A stretch of 64,000 nt of DNA from Eimeria praecox (lineage: Eukaryota): the NCBI GenBank assembly GCA_963920595.1, contig OY986948.1, forward strand, positions 4,464,001 to 4,528,000, given 5' to 3'. Shown here piece after piece: positions 26,203 to 48,236 of this stretch. A model generated the notes under the pieces. It was not told the origin of the DNA and ran no database searches. It saw nothing but the letters and a program-made list of their open reading frames with translations. Within the stretch, counting starts at the first letter, position 1. Each line of letters starts with the position of its first letter. The position numbers and the translations under genes are program-made.

Positions 26203-27787
26203 TTGGTGTTGGTCTGGAGGGTCTGAGTGGGTGAGCGAAGGAGAATTTTGGGCGCATTTATATCCTGATAATAAAAAAAAACAAGAGAGAAAATATCTTA
26301 AACCTGTTAGAGGCATGCAAACCCTAAACCCTAAACCCTAAACCCTAAACCCTAAACCCTACCTAAACCCTAAACCCTAAACCCTAAACCCTAAACCCTA
26401 AATCCTCATGTATATATTTCCAGTTAAGATTTGATTTTCTGATGATGTGGAATTTTAAGAATATCTTGAATAGGCAGAAGCCAAGCAACTAGACGAGTTT
26501 GAATAATTAATTACTCAATTAAATTAATTAAATTAAATTAAATTAAATCAAATTAAATTAAATTAAATTAATTAATAATTGATGTTGGAGGTTTTGAAGG
26601 GTCTCAAGTTAATATTCATATATTTCATACTTTTTCTTGTTTAACATCACCGGGTTTCTTAAGCATCTAAGATATCAATTTAATTATATAAATACAATTA
26701 AAATAATAATAATAATAAATAACAATAATAAATAATAAATAATAATAAATAATAATTAAATTAAATATATTATTTCTATGTATGTATATTATATATATTC
26801 AGGTTTTGAAGAATATGGTATGAAGAACCCGAATTCATGTTTAGGTTTTCTTTTAATATCAATTCGATTTATTTGGAGGCATCCTCCCTTTGTATCTTCT
26901 CTTTTATCTATTTCTCTTCCTTCTTCTTCTTTATGGCTTATACCTTCGTCTCCAGAGCCACATTATATTCATTATTTCTCTGAAAGATGCAAACAATGGG
27001 GGCGTACAACACCACGATGGAAGGTGAAGATGCTAGACTTACAAGGTAAGAAATACATAATTAAATACAAATGATCTTAAATGATCTTAATATATTTGAA
27101 TAGAGTTTAATTTATTCTATTTATATATATCATAATATTTCATGAAATATATTTATTTAGCGTACATAAACCATTTTAAACTGCAGCAGAAACACTCGAA
27201 GGCACATCCTCGCGGAAACAGACAAAGTTGAATTAACTCTAATTAACTCTAATTAACTCTAATTAACTCTAATTAACTCTAATTAACTCCAATTAATTCG
27301 AATTAGCGCGAATAAATCATAAAAATGTATCTAATAGCCACTCTCGTAAACCCTAAGATGCCCTCATAAACCCTAAACCCTAATCTTGATAGATTTTATC
27401 TGAATCAAGTGTTTCGAATAAGATAAACAGCCGTAAACCCTAAACCCTAAACCCTAAACCCTAAACCCTATATCTTACTCCTTAACCTTAACATCTACTA
27501 AACCCTAAACCCTAATCTTTATATGCAAGCAGTTGAACAGCAACAAACAACCCTAAACCCTAAACCCTAAACCCTAAACCCTAAACCCTAAACCCTCTTT
27601 ATAAGCTCAGCACGTGGCTTAGAAGACTTTGCCTGCATATATGAAGCAGCAGCTACTTGTACTGCTGCTGCTGCTGCTGTTGCTGCTGTTGCTGCTTGTG
27701 TTCCTGCTGCTGCTGCTGCTGCTGCTGCAGTGAGTGCTGCTGCTACTTGGTTCTATTGCTGCTGTTGCTGCTTGCGGTTTCAGACCA

Positions 27788-27865
<78 letters not shown>

Positions 27866-28177
27866 GCAGCAGCAGCAGCAGTAACAGCAGCAGGGGGGAT
27901 TTGGTTTTATTATTATTTCGATTATTTCTTTGTTTTGTTTGTTTCAGGTTCTTCTTATTTGCGGAAGTCATTTAAAGATTATTTGTTTGTTTTTTTGTTT
28001 TGGTTGCTTCTCTTTTATGTTGTTGTATTAACAGGGGTTGAGGATATACCCCTTGCTGTTGCTGCTTGTATTGCTGTTATATCTTTATCTTATAAATGCT
28101 GCGACTCACAGAGCAGCAGCACATCTCCATCCTGCTGCACAGCCCTTCTCCCTAACAGCAGCAGCCGTAGCAGCCGT

Positions 28178-28209
<32 letters not shown>

Positions 28210-29607
28210 AGGAGCAGCAGACGAATGCCCTCGGAAGCAAAGAGCTATTCCTCTGCCTATGCTGCACTGTTTCACGGGCTCTCTTCCACCCCCTGCAGCA
28301 GCAGCAGCAGCAGCAGCAGCAGCGGGAGCAGCAACACCTGCTGCTGCTGCAGCAGACACCACAGCAGCAGCAGCAGCAGCAGGTGATGAATCACCTTCGA
28401 GTCGAAGGAGTCATGTAATCTGGCAGATACCGCAGCAGCAACAGCATCAGCGGCTGCAGCAGCAGCAGCTGCAGCAGCAGCAGCAGCAGCAACAAGCTGC
28501 TGGTGACTGGATAAGGGCTCCTGGCAGCAGCAGCAGCAATTCGTCGTTGCAGCAGCAACAGCAGCAGCAGCAACAGCAGCTGTTGCCATGGGATTATCCT
28601 TTATCTGAAGCAGCAGCAACACCAAGATCAGCAGCAGCAGCAGCAGCAACGAAGCAAACTCCTACTAACCAGGGCTTGTGGCCTTTGCTGTCTTTAGGTA
28701 CAGATGACGGGGAGGCGGAGTCTGCTGCTGCTGCTGCTGCTGTAGCAGCAGCAGCTGCTGCTGCTGCAGCAGCAGCAGGATCAGCAGCAGGGGGCTCTAG
28801 CATGAACCTAATCCCGTCAGCTTCAGCAGCAGCAGCAGGTGCCACAGCAGCAGCATCAACAGCAGCAGCAGCAGCAGCAGCAGATGGAGGAGGGATATCA
28901 GAAGAAGGTATATCTTTAATCCGATCACCATTCGGATATATTCAGGTGTACGGACACCTCAGATCTGAAGAAGATATATGGCCTATCTTTGCTGATGATG
29001 AAGGCGATATTAATATAACTGAGGAGATACAAAATATACTTAGACTCTTCTCTGTTATACAAGTATAGTAGATCTGTTCAATCATACTCAGGCTGCTCAT
29101 AGTGCTGCTGCTGCTGATGCTGCTGATAGTGCTGCTGACGATGCTGCTGCTGATAGTGCCGCTGATGCTGCTGCTGCTGATAGTGCTGCTGCTGCTGATG
29201 ATTGTGATCGTGATGCTGCTGCTGCTGCTGATCGTGATGCTGCTGTTGCTGCTGATGCTGCTGCTGCTGCTGACCGTGCTGCTGCTGCTGATCGTGCTGC
29301 TGCTGCTGCTGCTGACCGTGCTGCTGCTGCTGCTGCTGATCGTGCTGCCGCTGCTGCTGCTGACCGTGCTGCTGCTGCTGCTGCTGATCGTGCTGCTGCT
29401 GCTGCTGACCGTGCTGCTGCTGCTGCTGATCGTGCTGCTGCTGCTGATCGTGCTGCTGCCGCTGCTGCTGATCGTGCTGCTGCTGCTGGTTGTTGCTGCT
29501 GCTGCTGCTGTGTCTGGTGCTGCTGTAGTTGTTTTTGGTGTTGAATATGTGTGTATTTCCTGTCGTTTCTGCTGTTGCTTCAGCAGCAACGTATTTGATT
29601 TGCTATG

Positions 29608-29701
<94 letters not shown>

Positions 29702-29715
29702 ATTAATTATTATTA

Positions 29716-29758
<43 letters not shown>

Positions 29759-30364
29759 ATTATTGCTGCTGCTGCTGCTGTTTGTGTGTGTTGTGTGTGT
29801 ATAGCTTATCTTCGGTTACACTGCGCGGTGTCTAGACAAGATAAAGTACGCATTTAATTGGGAGGATGCTCTGCTCACATCATCTTCTGTTTTTTTATTG
29901 TTGCTGCATGGTTTGCTGCTGTCGTTGCTGCTGCGATTAATGCTGTGGATCCCTCTCTTTTATTGGAGGCTGTTGCTCTTCTGCTGCTTCCTTGCTGCTG
30001 CTGCTGCACGAACAGCACCAGCAGCACCTACTGACCATCCTCCTCCTACAGCAGCAGCAGCAACAGCAGCAACAGCAGCAACAGCAGCAGCAGCAGCAAC
30101 AGCAGCAGAAGCTTGCATGAATCCAAATAGGAAGGAGCGACAGCAACAGCAGCAGGGTTCCGTTGCAGCCTTAACATCATCAACAGCAGCAGCAAATGAT
30201 CCGTATCAGCAGCAGCAGCAGGAGCAGACAGCAGCAGCAGCAGCAGCAGCAGCAGCACCAAGGAGTTTATCGAGGACGACATCAGACAGCCTTCATAGTA
30301 TTTCTTCTTCTTCTCTGAAACAAACCTCGTGGTTCAGCGGATTGCTGCGACAACGACGCAGCAC

Positions 30365-30409
<45 letters not shown>

Positions 30410-30478
30410 GCGTGAAGGCTCTGCTTCAAAGACTGGCGAAGGCTGCGGCACAAACACCCCCAGGGCTTTGTGCAGCAA

Positions 30479-30520
<42 letters not shown>

Positions 30521-30592
30521 AATCAATGCAGAGGACGAAGCAGCATCCCTTGTTGCTTCCGTTAGCAGCAGCAAGAACCCCATCGAAAGCAA

Positions 30593-30624
<32 letters not shown>

Positions 30625-31338
30625 GCAGCAACAGCAGCAGCAACAGCAGCAACAGGAGTAGTGTTGTTATATCGTTTGTTGATTATATAATATGTTGCTG
30701 TCTTCGTTTATTGTATTTGTTTTTCTACTGCGGCAGAATTATAGTAGATAGCTGTATAGACAGTGTTGCTGCTCCGTTGCTGCTGCTGCTAGAAACAGCA
30801 GCAGCAACATACGCTACAGCTGTAGGGTTTTGGTGGAGTCATATACCTGAAGAGAGGGAGATAGAGCATAGACAGATTGCGCAGACACAGCTGCTGCCGA
30901 GTCTGTCTGTGCTGCTGCCTCCAGAGGAAAGAGAAGCTGCTGCTGCTGCAGCAGCAGCAGCAGCAGCAGCAACAAAAAATGCAGCACGACAGCAGCAGCA
31001 GCAACAACAGCAGCAGCAGCACGATCAGCAACATCCCCGTCATCACAACCATCATCGCTACTCTACAGGTTCTGTTTCTTCTGCTGCTGTTGCTGCAGCA
31101 GCAGCTGCAGCAGCAGCAGCAGCAGAAGCAGGAGGGACGCCTGCATCAGCAGCATCAGCAGCAGCAGCAGCAGCAGCAGCAGCAAAGCCGCACGGTTTGC
31201 TTGCTGCTGATGTTTATAGCTTCTTAAAGCGATATTGCCGCAGCAGATGGAAGAGAGAGAACCCTGTCACAGCACAGTTGTATGCAGCAGCACCATACCT
31301 TATGCCTCGCAGCAGAAGCAGCAGCTTAGGCTTAGACG

Positions 31339-31416
<78 letters not shown>

Positions 31417-31511
31417 GGGGGGCTTCCTTCGGTTCGTTCTCTCGTGAACTAAGGAAAGGAGGTTCTTCTCCTTGGGGCTCCTTCGGCGGTGTTGCAGATA
31501 TGCAGCAGCAA

Positions 31512-31578
<67 letters not shown>

Positions 31579-31622
31579 CAGATTCGTTGCTTAGTTGGAG
31601 CGGGTTGGGGAGCGCCGTGACT

Positions 31623-31660
<38 letters not shown>

Positions 31661-31707
31661 CGGAGGCTCAGATGTGTATGAAGAACCATTATCTCTACCT
31701 TCTTCTT

Positions 31708-31748
<41 letters not shown>

Positions 31749-32047
31749 GAGCAGCAGCAGCAGGAGGAGGAAGAGGAAGAGGATAAGCATCAGGTTTATG
31801 AATATGAAGAGCAGGATCATCATCATCAGAGCAGCAGAAACCGCAGCAGCAGGAGCCGCAGCAGCAGCAGCAACAACAACAGAGGTCTGCTGCTATCTCC
31901 TTCTGTCTCTCTAGCGCACTTAACTGCACAGGGAGAAGTAGATAGACTTATTCAACACCCACAATTTATATCTTTACAGCAGCAGCTGTTTGAGAGAGGA
32001 AGAAGAGCTGCATCAGAGGAAATGAGCGATGAAGACCTGCTGCAGCT

Positions 32048-32079
<32 letters not shown>

Positions 32080-32141
32080 TACAGCTACTCAAGGAAAGGG
32101 TACAGGCATACGAGCAGCAGCAGAAAGAGCAGCAACAACTG

Positions 32142-32179
<38 letters not shown>

Positions 32180-32243
32180 AACGAATGACGCCATGTCTTG
32201 TTCTCAACAAGAGCAACAGCGACAACTGCAGCAGCAGCAGCAA

Positions 32244-32290
<47 letters not shown>

Positions 32291-32393
32291 AGCAGCAGGG
32301 CCCTTCGGGGGCCTCGCCTTCCCTGGTTTGAAGAATCTCTTTGGCCGTAAGTCGAGTGAGAAGCAATCAGAAGACAGCAGCAGCACACCATGA
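24803..32393 (+). CDS. C2-domain / MCTP-like multi-pass membrane protein (about 1818 aa, 4 exons)
   Basis: Exons 24803-26312 (GC donor), 26803-27045, 27948-29062 and 29805-32393 total 5457 nt in frame. C2-like strands are split by repeats (VGRLEIDV; FDASFEFPVRDLWTDVSLEIM; YGRVIIPLSS; LGFLLISIRF). Transmembrane segments: YLFVFLFWLLLFYVVVL and VFLLLLHGLLL...WIPL. The PRT_C/MCTP-like motif IQLIFGYTARCLDKIKYAFNWEDALLT and FWWSHIP are present. Confidence 0.7.
26319..26403. repeat. (AAACCCT)n interstitial telomeric repeat right after the exon 1 donor
   Basis: About 12 units seen directly. Confidence 0.9.
27230..27597. repeat. (AATTAACTCT)n decamer (27231-27300) plus scattered (AAACCCT)n blocks in intron 2
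   Basis: Seen directly. Confidence 0.8.
29606..29764. repeat. (ATT)n trinucleotide tract in intron 3
   Basis: Seen directly; similar tracts at 27790-27864 and 8050-8140. Confidence 0.85.
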
Positions 32394-32432
<39 letters not shown>

Positions 32433-32752
32433 ACTTTGATAGTAGTACTTTGTTGTTTTGTTTTGAGGCAGAAGCAGCAGCTGCAGCAGCAGCAGCAGCT
32501 GCTGCTGCTGCTGCTGCTCCTGCAGCGTAGTTTGGTGCTGCCTCTTCATTTCCTGTGTAGTTGCTGCCACCGCATCTGCTGCAGTTGCTGCTGCTATTAT
32601 TGCTGCTGCTGCTGCTGCTGTTGCTGCAGTGCGGCAACAGCAGCAGCAGCAGCAGCTGCAGCAGCTTCAGATGTACAGTTATTTTGATGCATACAGCAGC
32701 AGCACTATGAGCGTTGAAGCAACGACAGGTTATACAGTCTCTATATGTTGCA

Positions 32753-32786
<34 letters not shown>

Positions 32787-32839
32787 AGCAGCAGCAGCAG
32801 CAGCAGCAATAGTGGGAGTCCGTTTACAGCACGTAAGAG

Positions 32840-32877
<38 letters not shown>

Positions 32878-33018
32878 GCTTCGGTCGTTTGCTGCTTTCT
32901 GTAGTACTCTGTATCGAGAGGGACAGCACCAAGCAGCAGCAGCAGCAGCAGCAGCAGCTGTAGCAGCTGTAGCAGCAACACCCGTTGCAGCAGCAACTGC
33001 AGCAGTAGTAATGGGAGT

Positions 33019-33070
<52 letters not shown>

Positions 33071-33532
33071 TATGCAACTAGGATTTGTATAGCTGAGTGG
33101 ATTCAACATCCGTGTTAAATTTGCTGCTGCTCTTGCTGCTGCTGCTCTTGCTGCTGCTGCTGCTGCTGCTGCTGTAGTTAAACCCCTTCTGCTGCAGCTG
33201 TATGGGCATATGCTGCTGCAGCGAGGCTTGCTGCTGCTGCTGTTTGAGTTGCTGCTGCTGCTGATTATCTGCTGCTGAAGGCAGCAACTGATAGCTTAGT
33301 AAAGGTGTAAGGCGGCGGGAGCTGCTGCTGCTGCTGCTGCTGCAGCAGCAACAGCAGCAGCAGCAGGAACAGGGGCTGAGTGTCTGTGCAGTAGCTAGCA
33401 GCTGCAGCAGCAACAGCAAAATATGTGGAGGAGTATAGCCAATGACTTTGAAGCAGCAGCACCGATAGGGGGGGCTTGGCTGCTGCTGCTGCAGCAGCAG
33501 AGTTGCTGCTGCTGCTACTGCTGCTGCTGCTG

Positions 33533-33572
<40 letters not shown>

Positions 33573-33739
33573 ATGCAACTGCTTCAGGGCATATTGCTGC
33601 TGCGTCTGTGTGCTGCTGCTGCTGCAGCAGCAGCAGCAGTGGCTTCATGATATGCGAGTTGAGAGGAGCTGAAGCAGCATGAGTTTGCTGCTGCTGTGTG
33701 TTGCCGCTCAGAAAGAAGCAAGGAAGCGGAGGCGACCCC

Positions 33740-33780
<41 letters not shown>

Positions 33781-33794
33781 GCAGCAGAAGACGG

Positions 33795-33864
33795 ATGGAG
33801 AGCCAAGGATTTTCTGCTGCAGCACAAAATGAAGAGCAGCAACGTCCAGCTGTACGATTCAGCG

Positions 33865-33913
<49 letters not shown>

Positions 33914-34007
33914 GCAGTCTCAAGGTGAGCCTTACCGTTGCTGCTGCTGTTAAGTTTGAGACGTAGGTAGCATCATGCAGCACTTACTGTACCCCTGCTG
34001 GGATTGC

Positions 34008-34039
<32 letters not shown>

Positions 34040-34183
34040 CAACGGCAGCAGCAACAGCAGCAGCAGCAACAGCAGCAGCAGCAATAGATGCCGATACACT
34101 CGGTTTTGTGATTTGATTTTCTCAGGAGCTCCGGCTGTATCTGCAGATAAGTTGCCTGATAGCCCCTGCAGCAGCAGCAGCAA

Positions 34184-34225
<42 letters not shown>

Positions 34226-34532
34226 ACTAGAGCAGCAAGAAGCAAACAACGGCAGGACAGAGGAAGCGTATACAGGGAGAAGCAGCAGCAGCTTCTCTGC
34301 TGCACAGCAGCAGTATGATGAGCTGCTGCAGCACGACGAGATAGACTATCTGCTGCTGGTGCAGCAGCAGCAGCAGCAACAGCAGAGGCTACAGCAGCTA
34401 CAACAGCAGCTGCAGCAGCAGCTGAAGCACCAACCGCAGCAGCAACTGCTGCTCCATCCCGGAGATCCTGCTGCTGCTCCAGCCTCATCAACTACCGACA
34501 GCAGCGGCACAATGCCTGCAGCAGAACCAGCA

Positions 34533-34582
<50 letters not shown>

Positions 34583-34688
34583 TGTCCTCCCAGCTACAAC
34601 ACCGCGAGGCCGTCCTCCAAGCACATCAACAACTACCAGATCTTCAGTGACGCAGCACGAACACGAGCTCGAGCAGCAGCAGCAACAT

Positions 34689-34748
<60 letters not shown>

Positions 34749-34913
34749 GACGATGGAGATTTGTGGGTGAAGGGGCAGCAGCACGCACAGATAGCGCTGC
34801 AGCAGCTGCAGCAGCTGCAGACAGTGCCGCAGCAGCTGAGGGAGATAGAGAAGCAGCAAACTATCCTTGCAAGGAAAGCCCTGAGGAAGCACTCTATTGA
34901 AATGCCAGACATG

Positions 34914-34978
<65 letters not shown>

Positions 34979-35078
34979 GCAGGTAGGAGACACTGAGCAG
35001 CCACAACAGCAGCACATACGAAATGCCAGTAAAGGGACTCCCTCCAGCAACACGCCACGACAAGATGCTGCTTCACAC

Positions 35079-35140
<62 letters not shown>

Positions 35141-35264
35141 GCAACGGCAGTCTTCGTGGTGGCCGTCTGGCCCGTGGAATGAAACGATTTCTTCTCCTAT
35201 GGGATTTTCAAAGATTGATTTGTCTTCGTGGTCTTATCAGCTGCAGCAGCAGCTGCAGCAGCAG

Positions 35265-35301
<37 letters not shown>

Positions 35302-35366
35302 GCCACTTGAGCAGCAGTATTCCTGACTTGAGCAGCCGTAGCTGGCTGCTGCTGGGGTCTGGTGAA

Positions 35367-35409
<43 letters not shown>

Positions 35410-35738
35410 CAATCGGTGCTAGCAGCAACGGAAGAAGCAGCAGTATGTACACCCTAACCCCACAAGACAGCTTCTCTGCTGCTCTTGCTTCTATCGGCAC
35501 GTTTGTTGAGAGTTTAGGATGGAGTTTTGCTGCTGCTGCTACAGCAGCAGGAACGCCTACTGCTGCTGCTGCTGCTGCTGCTGCTGGAGGTGCTGCAGGG
35601 GCTCAAGCTATGCCTGCAACAGATACTGATCCTCCTACAACAGCAGTAGCAGCAGCAGCAGCTGCTGCTGCTGGTGCTAATCAGCAGCAGCAGCAGCAGC
35701 ACGAAGCAGAGGGAGCAGCACGAGACCCCAAATCGTAA
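33795..35738 (+). CDS. Hypothetical Q-rich protein (about 580 aa, 2 exons)
   Basis: Exon 1 is 33795-33924 (MESQGFSAAAQNEEQQRPAVRFSE...SQG|GTGAGC). A ttttctcag acceptor leads to exon 2 at 34126-35738, in the frame of ORF 33975. This model removes the implausible poly-Cys start. No family recognised. Confidence 0.6.
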
Positions 35739-35744
35739 AGCAAT

Positions 35745-35820
<76 letters not shown>

Positions 35821-35911
35821 CTGTAATGGAGCTGCAGCAACTGCAGCGTAGGTTCTCAAAGAGAATACACTCTTTGCAATGACTCTTCATTTAAACCTTT
35901 ATTTGCTGCTG

Positions 35912-35970
<59 letters not shown>

Positions 35971-36283
35971 GCAGCAGCAAATATCCTTTTGTTGTCATCA
36001 GGTGTTGATACGATTGCTGCTGCTGCTGCTGTTCTTGTTGTTATCTGCTGCTGTTTATTCTTTTCTGTCTTTCTGTCTATCTCTCTCTCGCCTCAGCCTT
36101 GTTGCTGGGGTGCTGCTGTCTGCTGCTGCTGTCTGCTGCTGCTGCTATCTGCGGCTGCAGCTATCTGTTGATGTCGTCTCCTTTTGCTGTCTGCTGTTGC
36201 TGCAGCTATCTGCTGCTGCTGTGCTTCTTCTCCTGTCCTACAGCAGCATCTGCAGCAGCAGTACCTGCAGCAGCAGCAGCAAC

Positions 36284-36346
<63 letters not shown>

Positions 36347-36504
36347 TATAGTGTAGGGATGCATTTGATATGTCTTGAGCTCTTCTTTGTTTTCTTTGCT
36401 GTTTAACAAAAAATTTATTTTATAAACAAAATAATAATTCTGATGCTGCTGTTTATAGACGCCGCGTGTTTGCTGCTGCTGCTACAGCAGCAGCAACAGC
36501 AGCA

Positions 36505-36555
<51 letters not shown>

Positions 36556-36704
36556 GGACAATGAGTAGCAGCACGCATTGTTTCTTTAATCTGTCTTTTT
36601 TTATAAAACTACGAAATATATTTTTTTCATAGAAATAAAAAATATATATTTTTCAAATAAACTATATATTCTATTATGAAAATAAAATAAATAAATAAAT
36701 AAAA

Positions 36705-36752
<48 letters not shown>

Positions 36753-36910
36753 AAGTTTCATATTTCTGTTGTAGTTGTCAAGAGCGTCTCACAGAGTACA
36801 CCGAATTGTTTGAGCAATAAAATAAAAAATGATTAATTATTTTTGTTCTAATTAAATATTTAAATAAAAAAGTAGATTAAATTAAAGTGGTTTGTTAGTC
36901 TTTCTAAAGC

Positions 36911-36981
<71 letters not shown>

Positions 36982-37177
36982 GTAACCTACAAAATATGAT
37001 CTGAGCTATGCTCCCTGCTTCTCATATTTGTCTCTTGCAGAGTTTGAGGTAATAAATAAAATATAATTAAATATAAATTAATTAATTAAAAGAATAAAAC
37101 AAAATAAATAAGAAGATATTATAAATATCTCTTTTCTAAGGAGGAGTCGGCAGCGAAGAATGTCGTCTACAGACAAG

Positions 37178-37891
37178 GAGGTGTATATACACCTCAATGT
37201 TGAATTATTAAAGAAAATAAAGAAATTAGGAAATAGAATAATTATATTTATTCTTTTATTGTTTTAGAATCTTTATTTTATTTCTAAATAAACATTAAAT
37301 AATATAATAACATCATCAGCACGGCTGTGGTGTAGGAGGAGTAGAGTGAGAGAGAGCACGGACGAACGAACTGTATGTACAGCTGAGAGATAAATATATA
37401 AATATAAATAAATTATATTTGAACATATCTAATTAATTAAAACATTTAATTTTATTGTTTTATAATTATTAAATATATTTATTTACAGCTTTCCACAGCT
37501 TTTCTACCGCATCACCAACAGCAATCAATACAAGAGCAGCGGGAGGCTGAGGTGTATATACACCTCAAATTATAATATTTCTAGCAGAAAATTTTTGGTT
37601 TTCTTTATATTTATATATATATATTTGACAAAAAAGATTAAATACAATTCAAGAAGAAGAAGATTCTCCTGTTATTGCATGTGTTCAACTGTTTGTACTG
37701 CTTCTGCTCCTGCTACTACTGCTGCTCCTGTTGCTCTGTTGCTGCTGAAGTTGTTTATTCTTCCTCTTCTACTATATTTTATTTATTTTGTTTTGTATAT
37801 TCTTTCTTATCTCTTTCATTTGTTGTATAATTGAGAGGAGGGAGAAGCTGCTGTTTGTCTTGGAGGTGTGCATACACCCGAAGGATAAACA

Positions 37892-37924
<33 letters not shown>

Positions 37925-38102
37925 TACTTACATTTACTCTGTCATATATATAAACTACAACAACAACAGGAGCAGCAGCAACAGCAACAGCAGCAGCAAC
38001 AGCAACAGCAGCAGCAGCAGCAGCAGCAGACAGACAGAAAAGCATTTGCTGCTTCTTTAGATAAACTATCTAAACAAAGTTCTGAGGTGTATGTACACCT
38101 CA
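37178..38102. promoter_or_regulatory. Cluster of GAGGTGTAnnTACACCTC palindromes upstream of VPS26
   Basis: Copies at 37178-37195 (perfect 18-mer), 37548-37567 (perfect 20-mer), 37865-37878 and 38083-38102 (20 nt before the ATG). Regulatory function is inferred. Confidence 0.45.
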
Positions 38103-38122
38103 CAAAGACATAATCAGAGAAG

Positions 38123-45288
<7,166 letters not shown>

Positions 45289-45327
45289 CTCCTCGCATGC
45301 AATTTGCTGCTGTTTGCATGCATGCAT

Positions 45328-45359
<32 letters not shown>

Positions 45360-45585
45360 TTCAGCAGCAGCAGCAACAGCAACAGCAGCAGCAGCAGCAT
45401 CAACGTTCTGTTTTGAGGTGTACATACACCCTAATTAAAACAGCAGCAATTAGATATTTTCTTGTATTATCCGCGCATGCATTTTGTTTATCTATCTGTC
45501 TATACACTCAGCCAGAAAGAAGAATATATAGCGATAGGCGGGCCTGCTGCTGCTGCTGCTGCTGCTGCTGCAGTTGCTGCTGTTA

Positions 45586-45622
<37 letters not shown>

Positions 45623-45775
45623 GCATGCATGCACTTGACTGAGTCAGTGCATGCAAGATAAAACTCTTTGGCTTTTGTTATTTGTTTTCTTTTCTTCTTC
45701 AAATGTAGAAATAAAAAATTAAAAAAATAATTAAACAGAAACACAAACTCCGTCGTGTTTAGTTCTATGCGAGCC

Positions 45776-45852
<77 letters not shown>

Positions 45853-45966
45853 TTGATAGATAGATAGATAGATATAGATGAAGCATTACTCTAAAACTAA
45901 TTGAGATTATGTCTTTTACTCTCCTTTTATATATCCTACAATATCTCTACACTCGTAGACTACTAG

Positions 45967-46031
<65 letters not shown>

Positions 46032-46209
46032 CTATCAACGAAGTCAGTTCTTTGAATATAATCAAATCAATTAGCTGCAGCAGCAACGGCGTCTGCAGCA
46101 ACGAGAGAAATTCAATTAAAGAGGCAGCAGGCTGCTGCAGCAGCAACTGCAGCAGCAGCAGCAGCAGCTGCTGCTGCTGCTGCTGCTATTGCTGCTGCTG
46201 TTGGATAGA

Positions 46210-46592
46210 TCAGGAGCGGTTTGTTGCACTGAAGCTGAAAGGGGTGAAAGCGGTTCGGCTTCTGCTGCTGCTGCTGCTGCTGCCTATGCTGCTGCTGCTG
46301 CTGCCTATGCTGCTGCTGCTGCCTATGCTGCTGCTGCTGCTGCCTATGCTGCTGCTGCTGCTGCTGCCTATGCTGCTGCTGCTCTGCATGGGGAAGGCAG
46401 AGGGCATCCACGTTATTCTTTGAGGGCTCGCCATGCTGGCGATGCTGCTGCCGATGCTGTTGCCGATCCTGCTGCTGCTGCTGCTGCCGATGCTGCTGCT
46501 GCTGCTGCCTATGCTGCTGCTGCTGCTGCCTATGCTGCTGCTGCTACTGCCTATGCTGCTGCTGCTGCTGCTGCCGATGCTACTGCTGCTGC

Positions 46593-46625
<33 letters not shown>

Positions 46626-46771
46626 CTATGCTACTCGACATTGAGGAGGGTGAGGTACGCCAGCTGATGATTTGGGAAGGCCGGCTGCTGCTGCTGCTGC
46701 TGCTGCTGCCGCTGCTGCTGCTGGTTCTGCTGCTGCCGCTGCTGCTGCCGGTACTGCTTCTGCTGCTGCTA

Positions 46772-46813
<42 letters not shown>

Positions 46814-47371
46814 TATGGGGACCGTATGATTGATGATGAAGGAGAAGAATAGTAATTAGTATAACGGCTCCTGCCTCTGCCTTCAAGGATTCCTACTTGT
46901 TGTTGTTCTGTGGGTATAGGGCTTTTAAGAATGCCAACATGTATATCTTGTGTTTCGTTTTGTTTTTGTTTTTGTTTATTTATCTTCTCTTCTCTTATTC
47001 GCATATATTGTTTCCATGATAATATCTTCTTTGTTAAATTATCATGATAATATAAATTATTATATACACTACCATAATCTTCTCTATATGAATGGGTGCT
47101 ATAGGGACTACTGAAAGGATTTGGATAGTACATATAGGTCCTATAGGGCGTATTTGGATAGTTAGCGCCGTCTTCAAGGCCGTGCTGCCCTGCTGCTGCT
47201 CCGTTGCTGCTGCTGCTGCTGCTGCTGCTGCTTGTTGCTGCACCTAACCATACAATCGGGCTCCCTGGCGGAGGCTTACGAGAAGAAGAAGTAATTAACT
47301 CTACTACAGGAAAATCATTTGGAGACGATGTTGAAGATGTGTCTTCTTCTTCAAAGCCATTCGACACCCTC

Positions 47372-47416
<45 letters not shown>

Positions 47417-47536
47417 TCTTGCTGCTGATAGAAATTTGTACGCTTGCTTATCCCAGCCAAAAACCGCGGCGTGCTGCTGCTGTCTTGATCTGCTGCTGAT
47501 GACTCCAAATCAAACACTTCTGCTGCTGCTGCTCTC

Positions 47537-47574
<38 letters not shown>

Positions 47575-48118
47575 CTCTGCTGCTGCTGCTGCTGTTTCTG
47601 CTGCTGCAGTTTCTGCTGTTGTTTCAGGTGTTGTTTCTGTTGCTGCAGCTGCTTCCGCGTTTGCGGCAGCAGCAACAGGGGCAAGACGTTCTCCTTCTTG
47701 CTGCTGCTGCTGCTGCTGCTGCTGTTGCTGTTGCTGCTGCTGCTGCTGCTGTCGTGCTGCTTGTAGTAGACCTGCTGCCTGCCTCAGGTGCAGCACGAGT
47801 GGCGTTATTGCTGCAGCGTTGTTGTTGTCTTTGTATATATTTTGAATTGTTTGTTTCTGCCATGATATAAAATTATCTTCTGAGTTTGCTAATTCAATTA
47901 AACTAATCAAATCTTCTTCTTTATTTATTTCTTCTTCTTCTTTCTTTCTTTCTTCTTCTTCTTTATTCCTGTATTCCTGTTCTTCTGTTTCAGCTATGAG
48001 CTCGGGTGTATGTACAGCAGCTAATCGACGCACTTGCTGCGGCAGACCGAAATCTTCAGGCAACAGGATACCCTTATTCTCTTCCTCCTGCCGCTGCTGC
48101 TGCTGCTGCTGCTGTTGC

Positions 48119-48152
<34 letters not shown>

Positions 48153-48205
48153 CCTCCTCTTGTTGCTGCTGCTGCTCCTCCTCCTCCTCTTGTTGCTGCT
48201 GCTGC

Positions 48206-48236
<31 letters not shown>

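Noticed and set aside
29090..29520. Structured CTG repeat punctuated by ATCGTG/ACCGTG, giving 168- and 215-aa ORFs
   Set aside because: Falls within intron 3 of the C2/MCTP model; a repeat-derived open frame.
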